From: a virus
DNA: 64,000 nucleotides
Strand: one strand, 5' to 3'
Virus record (IMG/VR): IMGVR_UViG_3300042691_041392
Shown in pieces: positions 47,813 through 57,500 of the stretch. Position 1 is the stretch's first letter. Each line of letters starts with the position of its first letter. The notes beneath the pieces were generated by a model. That model ran no database searches. It worked only from the letters and a program-made list of their open reading frames with translations, and had not been told where the DNA came from. The translations under genes were made by a program, and so were the position numbers.

Positions 47813-48967
47813 CTAAACCATAATGGAATTCTTTTCGAGAATTTCTTTCAATCTTTTTAATTCCATATCTTTTTTGTGACTGTTCATTGAGTTTAATTCA
47901 TTCTCTATATTTGAGAATATAGTATTACAATTTGACTTAGATCCATAATATTGAGAGTCTAACTTTTTATCACCAGATTTAGCAATTTTCCAAACATTAT
48001 CCATAAATAATTTAAAGAATCCATATGATGAATCATTTGTAATATCTTTATATTGATTATAGTATCTTTTATAAGCTAATACTAAAACATTCTTAGCATA
48101 ACCAGGTCTTCCAGTATCATAAAAATTATTATCATGATAAGACTTATAATTAATATCAAACCAGTTATCAATTTCTTTAGATAACTCAAACACTGATATC
48201 ATATCACTTGGTGAAATAAAGTCAATAACATTACCTTCAAAGTTTTCAATTGCCTCACTTGCAGTTACCCAAGGAGTTTCATTAAAATAAGCATTAATAA
48301 TATTATAATAGTTTTGCGACCATAAATTTATAACATTATCACCAGCTATAGTGATATCCTTTTTATTATTTAAAATATAACCTAGTTTATCCAATTCATC
48401 TTTCATGTCATTCCAATCATTTGAAATTGTATCTTTGTTACCGATTTTATTAGAAGTGTTATGAGAACTACAAGAGTTATAAGAATCATCTTCATCATAA
48501 CCAACCATTATCTGTAATTGTATGTAAACATCATCACTAATAGGAAATTTGTTATCAACAAAACTTGAAATTGATATTGTTTGTTGACCATTCCCAAATC
48601 CATGATATCTTTCAGATAAAATAATCTCATACTCATTATTTTGAATTTCATTTATAGACCCACATATTAACAAACCACCACCATTTCTATTATAGAAGTT
48701 TATAGAATCTAATGAACCATTTGAAATACTAACTAAAGTATCATTTATACCAACATGTACTTTATTTTTTTTAGAATTTTTAGAATTTGTTAATAGTCCT
48801 CTTACATTAACATCATAAATCTGACCATTAAACATTTTATGTGTATCCACTAATTGTTTTAATTGAACAACAGCTGAATAACTTCTACCCTTTGTAGAAT
48901 TACTAGGAATTTCCACAATTGAGTGGAATTTTAATTTAAATTTTTTCATAAATTTTTTATATAACAT
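47813..48967 (-). CDS. AIPR-like protein
   Basis: NVRGLL...I.DTL...NFYNRNGG..I.C...NGQQT resembles AIPR NVR.FL...F...NNGI.I...I.NG.QT. Confidence 0.6.
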   Translation of the reverse strand: MLYKKFMKKFKLKFHSIVEIPSNSTKGRSYSAVVQLKQLVDTHKMFNGQIYDVNVRGLLTNSKNSKKNKVHVGINDTLVSISNGSLDSINFYNRNGGGLLICGSINEIQNNEYEIILSERYHGFGNGQQTISISSFVDNKFPISDDVYIQLQIMVGYDEDDSYNSCSSHNTSNKIGNKDTISNDWNDMKDELDKLGYILNNKKDITIAGDNVINLWSQNYYNIINAYFNETPWVTASEAIENFEGNVIDFISPSDMISVFELSKEIDNWFDINYKSYHDNNFYDTGRPGYAKNVLVLAYKRYYNQYKDITNDSSYGFFKLFMDNVWKIAKSGDKKLDSQYYGSKSNCNTIFSNIENELNSMNSHKKDMELKRLKEILEKNSIMV

Positions 48968-49113
48968 TATTTACTCTCATGGTGGTAATAAACCAGACAC
49001 TTTAACGATTAATGTCAAACGGTCATCGCGAATAACAATAGTTCTATTTTTAATGATTAAAAAGTTTAAATTTTAAAGCAAGAATTTAATATATAAAAAA
49101 AATATATTATAAT

Positions 49114-49830
49114 ATGAAATATTTAAAAAAATTTAATGAAGAGTTAGATCCAATGACTTATAGAAGAGCAGCTGCTAAAATCATAAAAAGAGCTGAAAAG
49201 GATCCTTTTTATGATATGGAAACTGCTAAAGCAAGTGCTGAAGAACTAAGAAATTGGGCTTCTAAAAGAGAAGATGATGAAACTATCGTAAAATGGCATA
49301 AAAATATTGAGGAGTTTAAAAAATATGGTAAAATAAAAGCTAATATAAATGGTAAAGTTGGAGATTTTTATCTAAACCTAACATTTGATAGAGATGCCAC
49401 TTTAGATCAATATGAAGATACAGAAGGTTCAGAACTTAATATTGGTTTCTTTATTGGTTTAATACCAGTTGATGAATCTACTAAAGATAAGTTTATGGAT
49501 GAATTTGATGATTTTGGAAATGGGTTCTTTTGGGCATCAATTTTAAATATTAAATTTTCTATTGAGTCTGGAACATATAAATTTGAAAAAATAGAATTCT
49601 TTGATTATGGTGATTCTGTATTTAAAATTGCTGATGCTCCTTCTTCAAAAAGAGTTAAGAAATTAATAATTGACTTATTCAATAACCCAACATTAAATTA
49701 TCCGTCTGGATATACAGATTATGAATATTTCTATGAGTTATTCGAAGAAGTTGTAATACCTGTTGTATCTGGTGATACAGGTATTACGATGGAAGCAATT
49801 GCTGAAGAAATTAAAAAAATTGGATCATAA
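49114..49830 (+). CDS. Hypothetical protein with MKYLKKFNEE N-terminus
   Basis: 238 aa; late motif 49087-49095. Confidence 0.6.
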   Translation: MKYLKKFNEELDPMTYRRAAAKIIKRAEKDPFYDMETAKASAEELRNWASKREDDETIVKWHKNIEEFKKYGKIKANINGKVGDFYLNLTFDRDATLDQYEDTEGSELNIGFFIGLIPVDESTKDKFMDEFDDFGNGFFWASILNIKFSIESGTYKFEKIEFFDYGDSVFKIADAPSSKRVKKLIIDLFNNPTLNYPSGYTDYEYFYELFEEVVIPVVSGDTGITMEAIAEEIKKIGS

Positions 49831-49856
49831 ATCCAAAATAAAAATAAACTATAACT

Positions 49857-50033
49857 ATGAACATTAAGAAATTTAGTGAAATCAACGAAGCTAAGAAGGA
49901 AGACAAAGTTGAGAAAATTGAATCTTATATCGAGAAGAATAAGAAAAACAAATCATCTTACGAGATGTATAAAGAATTGAGAAATGATTTTTCTGAGAAA
50001 GATTTGAAAAAATACTTCCATGATAACTATTAA
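49857..50033 (+). CDS. Small charged protein with MNIKKFSEINEA N-terminus (58 aa, not in ORF track)
   Basis: Fills the intergenic gap and carries the shared N-terminal motif. Confidence 0.6.
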   Translation: MNIKKFSEINEAKKEDKVEKIESYIEKNKKNKSSYEMYKELRNDFSEKDLKKYFHDNY

Positions 50034-50047
50034 AATAAATTAAAATT

Positions 50048-50644
50048 ATGATAAGTAAATCTAAAGAAATTGCTAAAATTAAATTACCAGAATATAAAGG
50101 AGATAGAGTTTATATGCATGAATTCCTTATTGAAGATCCTAAAATGCCAGCAGGATACGAAAGATGGAACGAAACATTAAAAAATATTGTAGCTCACTCA
50201 CCTAAGAAAACTGGTAAAGCTTATATCACTATTGATGAAAAATTAGTTAAAGCTGGTGAATCTCATAGAAGAGGTGGTGCACACGTTGATGGTAACTACC
50301 TATTTGGTTGGGGTGGCGGAGGCGGCTGGTTAACTGGTGAAGATGGTAGAGTTTTACCAAGAGAAAAACACATACAACAATATTGTTCTGATAAAGGAGG
50401 TATGTTAATCATTTCTTCTTATGAAGCTTGTAAAGCTTGGAATGGTGAGTTTGAAGGTGAACCAAACCAAGGTGGTGATTGCTCACATATTGATCTTTCT
50501 AAATTAGAAAGTTACAATCTTAAACCAAATACTTTATATTGGGGTAACAGTACTTTCATTCACGAGTCTCTTCCAATCGAAGAAGATATTGAAAGACAAT
50601 TAGTGAGAATTACTCTCCCAGCAGACGCTGAAGAACTTGTTTAA
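50048..50644 (+). CDS. 2OG-Fe(II) oxygenase-like protein
   Basis: HVDG...FIHES...RQLVR (HxD...H...R). Confidence 0.55.
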   Translation: MISKSKEIAKIKLPEYKGDRVYMHEFLIEDPKMPAGYERWNETLKNIVAHSPKKTGKAYITIDEKLVKAGESHRRGGAHVDGNYLFGWGGGGGWLTGEDGRVLPREKHIQQYCSDKGGMLIISSYEACKAWNGEFEGEPNQGGDCSHIDLSKLESYNLKPNTLYWGNSTFIHESLPIEEDIERQLVRITLPADAEELV

Positions 50645-50645
50645 T

Positions 50646-50673
50646 AAAAAAGACCTCATTTGAGGTCTTTTTT
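50646..50673. terminator. Bidirectional terminator
   Basis: AAAAAAGACCTC-attt-GAGGTCTTTTTT. Confidence 0.8.
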
Positions 50674-51205
50674 ATTTCAATTTATTTATTTTATCTCTTA
50701 AAATGGCAGCTTTTTCATAATCTTCATTTTCTAAACATAAAATCAATTCAGATTCCATTTGTTTTAACAGTTTAGATATTTTAGAATCTAATAATTGTTT
50801 TTCTTTGATAAGTGAATCAACATCAAATGTTTCATCTTTAGATTCTTTAGATTCTACTACTTTATCAGTTACTTTAACATCTGATCTATTTTTTGGTTTC
50901 TTAGTATCGAAAACAGTTGGTTTCATTTTCAACAAACTATCCTTTTCTTTTTTAGAAAGAATAATACCATCATTGATGACCAATCCTTTATAAGTAAACG
51001 CATTATTAACTCCCATATCAGATTTAAGCATATAACCAACATCAATACCATTTACATCATCTAACCACAATTTAGCAAATCCATCTTTTTTTAACTTTTG
51101 AAGACAACCATCAACTAGATTTAACTTCTCAGTTACAACTGATAATTGTTGATCATTATACATTCTCAAATCAATCAATTTAATATTTAAATCTTTTATG
51201 TTCAT
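50672..51205 (-). CDS. Early protein with C-terminal UVR (UvrB/C) motif
   Basis: LENEDYEKAAILRDKI. Confidence 0.7.
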   Translation of the reverse strand: MNIKDLNIKLIDLRMYNDQQLSVVTEKLNLVDGCLQKLKKDGFAKLWLDDVNGIDVGYMLKSDMGVNNAFTYKGLVINDGIILSKKEKDSLLKMKPTVFDTKKPKNRSDVKVTDKVVESKESKDETFDVDSLIKEKQLLDSKISKLLKQMESELILCLENEDYEKAAILRDKINKLK

Positions 51206-51222
51206 ATCATTAGTTATTTATA

Positions 51223-51253
51223 CAAATATAATAAAGTTTTTCTTTTTTACAAA
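51223..51253 (-). promoter_or_regulatory. Bacteroidota-type housekeeping promoter
   Basis: TTTG(51253-51250)-N19-TATATTTG(51230-51223). Confidence 0.65.
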
Positions 51254-51292
51254 ATTATTATTTAATATATATTCAAAAAATATTATTTTATA

Positions 51293-53956
51293 ATGAGATA
51301 CCTTAGTAACAGAGATCAATTTTTAAAGGAATCAAAATTTACTGGTTTACAAAAATACGAAAAAACTCCATATTCTGGTGAAGAATTTAAATTATATGAA
51401 AATGAAAATGCAGGTCCATTTGTAAATGATATCGGATGGAATGATTCACTATTAGGTAGATTTATTAATCATTTAGTAAGAAAAGCTAAGATCGCAATTG
51501 GTAAAATGAGATTAAAAGGTCTTATAAGACAGTTAAAATCTACTTTTGATGAAATAATAAGTAGAGGTAGAGTATCCGCTATGAGTAACGAAGATCGTTT
51601 ACAAATAATAAAACTTCAAGTTTATGCCTTCTTTCATGAATTAATACAAGGGGTTAATGATGGTGAAAATATAGTAGTTCTAAAAAAACTTACAAAATCA
51701 GCTATGTCTGCTTTAAAATCAACTGAAGATTTTGAAAAAAAAGATGATTTAATGAATGAATTAGAAGAATTCTTGAAATTCTTAGAACAATTTGGTGATA
51801 AAGAAGGAAGTACTGATAAAAGAGAAGGTCAAGAAGAAGGTCAAGAAGAAGGTGAAGGTTCCGAATCCGAAGCTTCTTATGGAACTATGGTCAAAAACTT
51901 AAAATCTCTATCTTTAATTTTATTAAATTATAAAAAAGTTACTTTTAAAAGTAAAGAAGCATATACAACACAAAAAGGTGACACTTTTCAAAAAATACAA
52001 TCTAATCCACAAGTAAATAAAAGAAAATTGGATATAAAAACTTTAAGAAGTAGAAATCTAAAAATATCTCAAAAATATCCAAAAGATAATCAAGAGTTAC
52101 AACCTGGATTACAATTAGTAATGGAAAACTTTTTGTTTGAAAATACTATTGGTGATGGATCTGGTGTTGAAAGAGGTGTTATTAAATCAGGAGAAGATCA
52201 CTTAACACAAGCTTATAACAAACTTAAAAAGGATATAGAAGTTTTAATTTCAGCCAAAGAAAAAGGTATAGGAGTTGATTATAATTCACTTAGTGATTTA
52301 TTGAAAAATGCTAATGATTCCAAGACTAAAAATAATATAAAATCTTTATACTCAGAGATTAAAAGATATTTAGTCGGAGACAAAAAAGGAACTCTACAAG
52401 ACAAAGATGCTCTTTATAAAGAAAGTTTAAATATTTCTGTTCCAAAAGAAAGAGTTATTATTGCTGAAAAAATTGCTAGATTTGCTAAGAGAGCTTTACA
52501 GTTCAAAGGAACCAATCTTGAAGGTGGTTTAGGTGATTTAAAAGTTCCTCTTAAAGACTTCATATCATCATTAGATGAAATATTAAAATCTAAAATTAAA
52601 ATTGAAGAAAATAGATTATTTAAATATGATACGTTTACAACGTTATTAAAAGAAGCTGATGGTGATAATGATGATAACCAAGATGATGATAACGAAGTAG
52701 AAAGTCAATCTAATCAAAATGAAGGAGGATCTGGTGTATCACAAAGAGTAAGAGAATGGTTTAATAAAAATTGTAAAGGTGTTATTTCGTTCACAATTGA
52801 AGAAGCTGAGGCAAAAAGACTAAGAGTTGAATTTGATAAGGTTAAATCAACTGATTTTGTTATTGATGGATTTGATCCAATTATTGAAATAATAAGAATA
52901 TTCAACAGAGCTTATAAAATCTACACAACTAGAATAATATCAAAAAGAAGTCAAAAAGTGACGGGAGGTACCTCTGGTCCAAGTGCTGGAACAGCGATGG
53001 AATATATGCCACTAGGTAATGGTGGTGGAGAACCATACAGACACATAAAAACATTTAATATTTGGGAAGATGCTGTTTTTGATATTTTAGGAAATAGAGA
53101 ATATCAAGAGATATTTGATAAGAAAACTGGTCTTCGTGTTGGTGATGAAATTAGACCAGAAAAAGGAGTTGCTTTAAGAAGATTTATATTTGATCTTCTA
53201 GATGGTAGTAAACTATATGGTAGAGAAGATGGTGGAACAAGTACAGGTATTCAATCTAAATTTTTAGAAGAATATTTTGGTGAAGTTGATGATAAAGCTA
53301 AAAATTCGGTAACCGAAATCAACGAAGGTGAAGACGGTGCTGGTGAAGCAGCGGCAATGCAAAGTGATATAAACGATGCAGCTGTTGAAGTTTCAATGTC
53401 AAGAGATAATATGCGTATTTTAACACCAGGAGTTGGTTATGTATTCACGATAACATCCGAAACAATAAATGAAGAAGCTTCTGATAACAGTACACAATAT
53501 ACTTTCATTGTAACTGGAGTAAAAGATGGTTATATAAGATTACTTTATTTTAGTAGTATTGGTGGTCTTTTCCCAATGTTCCAAAATGCTGGTAATATCA
53601 AAAGAACAAATATTAAAGGTGACTTCCAAGGACTTAATGTTTATATAGCATCTAATAACGGAAACAAGCTATTGAAACACTACACAAAAATTAAAAAAGA
53701 AGATTTTGTTAATTTGTTCAAAAAAGATTCACAAATTTCTTTAAATCATGTAGTAAGTCCTAATTATAACACATTGAAAAAAGATAACATAAAAATAAGT
53801 AGTATTTATTGGTTATCTAAAACAGTTGATGGTAAAAAGAAACCTTTTAATTTAGAAGGGGATAGTTTAACAAGAGCTCAACAATCATTTGATAGAGGTT
53901 CTACTTGGATGCCAAATATTGATAATAGTGCAATAGTAAAAAGATATACTAAATAA
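51293..53956 (+). CDS. Large late protein with LysM-like segment, probable internal/ejected virion protein
   Basis: YTTQKGDTFQKI...LQPGLQL; N-terminal MRYL...FLKES; late motif 51263-51271. Confidence 0.55.
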   Translation: MRYLSNRDQFLKESKFTGLQKYEKTPYSGEEFKLYENENAGPFVNDIGWNDSLLGRFINHLVRKAKIAIGKMRLKGLIRQLKSTFDEIISRGRVSAMSNEDRLQIIKLQVYAFFHELIQGVNDGENIVVLKKLTKSAMSALKSTEDFEKKDDLMNELEEFLKFLEQFGDKEGSTDKREGQEEGQEEGEGSESEASYGTMVKNLKSLSLILLNYKKVTFKSKEAYTTQKGDTFQKIQSNPQVNKRKLDIKTLRSRNLKISQKYPKDNQELQPGLQLVMENFLFENTIGDGSGVERGVIKSGEDHLTQAYNKLKKDIEVLISAKEKGIGVDYNSLSDLLKNANDSKTKNNIKSLYSEIKRYLVGDKKGTLQDKDALYKESLNISVPKERVIIAEKIARFAKRALQFKGTNLEGGLGDLKVPLKDFISSLDEILKSKIKIEENRLFKYDTFTTLLKEADGDNDDNQDDDNEVESQSNQNEGGSGVSQRVREWFNKNCKGVISFTIEEAEAKRLRVEFDKVKSTDFVIDGFDPIIEIIRIFNRAYKIYTTRIISKRSQKVTGGTSGPSAGTAMEYMPLGNGGGEPYRHIKTFNIWEDAVFDILGNREYQEIFDKKTGLRVGDEIRPEKGVALRRFIFDLLDGSKLYGREDGGTSTGIQSKFLEEYFGEVDDKAKNSVTEINEGEDGAGEAAAMQSDINDAAVEVSMSRDNMRILTPGVGYVFTITSETINEEASDNSTQYTFIVTGVKDGYIRLLYFSSIGGLFPMFQNAGNIKRTNIKGDFQGLNVYIASNNGNKLLKHYTKIKKEDFVNLFKKDSQISLNHVVSPNYNTLKKDNIKISSIYWLSKTVDGKKKPFNLEGDSLTRAQQSFDRGSTWMPNIDNSAIVKRYTK

Positions 53957-54516
53957 TGAAATATTTAAAGAATTGGTCTTTATATCTTGAAGACTTTGAA
54001 GTAAATGTTACTGACACATCGGATATTAAGAAGGCTAAAGAGAAATTAAACACTCTTAGAAGTCAGATTGATGAGTTCAATAATAAGTACAAAACTATTG
54101 ATGCTGCTTATAAAACTAATGATCAGAAAAAAATTGATGATATGGAAAAAGCTCTCTTTGGTAATACCGATGTAAAAAATGGACCAGATAGAAATGAATT
54201 TTTAGTTAGATATCTAAATATAGCTAAAAAAAGAAGAGAGATTGAAAACAACACAAATAATATAGCATCAAGCAATGCTGATTTAATAAGATCTAAAGAT
54301 ATTTTAACAGCAACAACTGATAATGAAATAAAAAACAGATATACAAAAGACGTTATACCATCTATTCAAAAAAAGATAAATACGTCAAAAGAAAAAATAA
54401 AAAATAACGAAAAGGATATTAATCTACAAATAACTCAAATTCAAAAAGAGATGAGTAAAAGAGAAAAAGATTTAATGGAATTTATCAAGAAAATTGAAAT
54501 TAAAGAAAAAAAATAG
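53956..54516 (+). CDS. Coiled-coil protein with MKYLKNW..YLE N-terminus
   Basis: 186 aa; TAATG coupling to the upstream gene. Confidence 0.6.
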   Translation: MKYLKNWSLYLEDFEVNVTDTSDIKKAKEKLNTLRSQIDEFNNKYKTIDAAYKTNDQKKIDDMEKALFGNTDVKNGPDRNEFLVRYLNIAKKRREIENNTNNIASSNADLIRSKDILTATTDNEIKNRYTKDVIPSIQKKINTSKEKIKNNEKDINLQITQIQKEMSKREKDLMEFIKKIEIKEKK

Positions 54517-54575
54517 AAAAATATCGTTTTTTACATTTTATATATACACTAAGTATAAAAAATTAAAATAAAAAT

Positions 54576-57500
54576 ATGGCAATTCAAATTGGAAAATACA
54601 AAAGACCAGGAATCTTTTTAGAAGAATTTGATAACTCGGTTATCGCCACTCCTTTAGTGGAGGGAATAACTAATATGGTTATGGGTGTGTCCAAAAAAGG
54701 ACCAGTTAATACTCCTATTAGAATAACTAATGTTACGGATTTCGAAAATATTTTTGGTACATTAGACAGAAGTCTAGAAAGAAAAGGATCTTTCTTCCAC
54801 AGAACTGTTGCAAAAATGTTGGAAACTGCTCCAGTTTTCGCAATGAATTTGTTATTAACTGATGATAATTTAGATAAAATTGAATATCAATCTTTATCAG
54901 TATCATCTGATTATGCAAATGATATCGAAAGAGAAGGAGCATATAGAAGATTTTTTGACACAACTGGTTTCTGGAAAAGAGATACAGAGTCTTTTATTAA
55001 TTTAACAAAATCAAATACTGGTTATGCTGATAGATTATTAAACATAACTAACTTATCTGATAGATTCGCAACCGTTTTCATATTCAAATCTTCTTTAACT
55101 GGATTTGATAGAACATTAGTAGAATGGTATGGATCTATTGATAAAATACCTGCTTATGTGAATTCTAACGATTGGGCATCAGACTACATGGTTGATGTGG
55201 TAGTAGTAGCAGGTGATTGGTCTGATTACAAAACATTAGCGGTAGACTCTAGATGGAGTGCTTACTTCAACGCAAGTGGTCTTAGAAAATCTCAAATTAG
55301 AAACTTTGCCAATGATAGAAATGTTACCTTATTAGGTTACTATGAAGGTCTTTCTTTAATTCCATATTTTAGAGATGCTAATGGTAGAAATATATTTATT
55401 GAAACTACATTAAATAGAGATACTGATAGAACTGGTATATTCTGTTCTTTTAATGCTGATTTAGCAGAAGCTGATTTCTTTAATGGTAAAATCGACTTAA
55501 TTGGTCACACAATAGCAGGTAAGAATGAAACAACTATTAACTTCTTATCCTATAACGAAACAATAGCAGAAGAAGTTGAATTTGTAGCAACTCCACTTGA
55601 TTTACCAGGTAACGTAACTGCTTTAATGGGTACTTATTCAAATGGTACTCACTTCTTTGGTGGTGTTAGTTCATATGATAATGTATCAACTTTTCCAGTT
55701 GAACCAAGTGGAGTTCAAGGTGGTAGAAGTAATACAGGATTCAATAATAGAACCGCATGGTTCTCAGAAGGATATGTTTATGATGTTATGTCAACAGGAA
55801 CTGCTTCAGTTGGAACATCTTCTATATCAATTACTTATAGTATTACCGATAGTTCATATTTAGTTGTTGGTAATAACTACGTACCGGTTACTGCTACTGG
55901 ATCACTTGTTGTTAATTCTACTGATTACACATATTCAACAGTAACAGCTTCTTACTACGCAACTTATGTACTAGATTCATCAGGAGCTTTTAAAGTTTAC
56001 AAAACAACTGCTCAAAATACTAAACCAACAGTTGCTGCTACTGATACAGTTCTTTCATACGTTTTCTTTAAAACAAGATATGGTTCTATTTTAACAAGTG
56101 GTTATACACAATCAAATGTTACATTAAATAACACCGGAGCTGGTGGTGATGATTCATACTTAGATTTAGTACACGGAACAGCATCTGGAAAAGATTACTA
56201 CATCTCAGATTTAGGATCAGGATCAATAAAAGTAAGCTTTAATAATACTAATTCTTCACCAAGTACATCAAACTACGAGGTTTATAGAAGAATTAAATTA
56301 TTTAATAAATTGGTTTCTATATTAGATAGTGCTAATAAAGATAAAGTTGTTATGGTTTTAAAACCATCAAGTATATCAATAGATCCAGTAACCGGTGTTG
56401 GAAATGATAAATATAGTTTATCAGGAATGACTATTACTGATATTGTAACTAGTTCAACTCAAAACAAATCATTCGTTTTAAACACTGGTTTAACTACAGC
56501 TGATTTATCATATGTATTAAATGGTTTCTTATGTTTTTATACAGTAGATAATGAGTTTATCTTAGGAACAGAAGGTTTCAATACAAGAATGACTTCAGCA
56601 ACTCAATCATTTGGTATTGTATCACCTTACACCAAATTCTATACTCAATACTTTAATGGTAATATCAATACATCTGATTATTTCTATAACAACAGAATGA
56701 CTGAAGATATTCTTGTTGCGGGTGGTACAGTGAGTGTTACTTTCTTCGACGGTGAAACTTTATCATCTATCACTGGATTTAACACTGGTGTAACTTCATC
56801 ATTCGCTGGATATGATTATATCTTAATTGATACATCAGCTATATCTACATCTTTAGGAAGTAATCAAGATTTAGGATTAGAAATTGGTAAAGTTATATCA
56901 ATCAGAGGAGCTGAGACAAACACAGGAACATTTACAATTGATTCTGATAACTTAGGAGCTCCTAACACTGGAAATGGAACTGGTGATTTTAAATTATCAA
57001 GTGGAAGTAATTTACCAGATAACTATTATGTATATAGAGTTGTTGAAGAAACTTCTTATGAAGTAGTTAACAATGTTACATTTATAAACGACCACTCCGA
57101 TTACGTACATTACTTAAAAATGTATTTAACTGGTTCTAATCTTACTGTTGACTTTAAAGATTCTTCTCTAACATCTGATGAGAGACTACATTTATATAAT
57201 AACTCAACTCCATCAGAAGACTTTAGAGTAGCATCTACTTTCTATGTAAATAGTCAAGATTCTAACTATAAACAAACTTTAGAAATTGAAAGTGCTAATG
57301 GTTATACACCAGTACCTAACAAAATACTTGTTAAAGGTGAAAGATATACCGAAGTTATGATTGGTGACTTCTTAGAAGCTGAATATGACTCTTCTTTATT
57401 AAAGATCGGTGAATATCCAAGAAAACTTACAAGAGTTTTAAGTAAAAGAGCTTACGCTGGTGATACTTCTTTAGTAGAAATTACTTGTGATGCAGCTATC

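Noticed and set aside
50672-50705. LRDKINKLK as another copy of the RDxK tag
   Set aside because: Spacing is off by one and it is fully explained by the UVR motif
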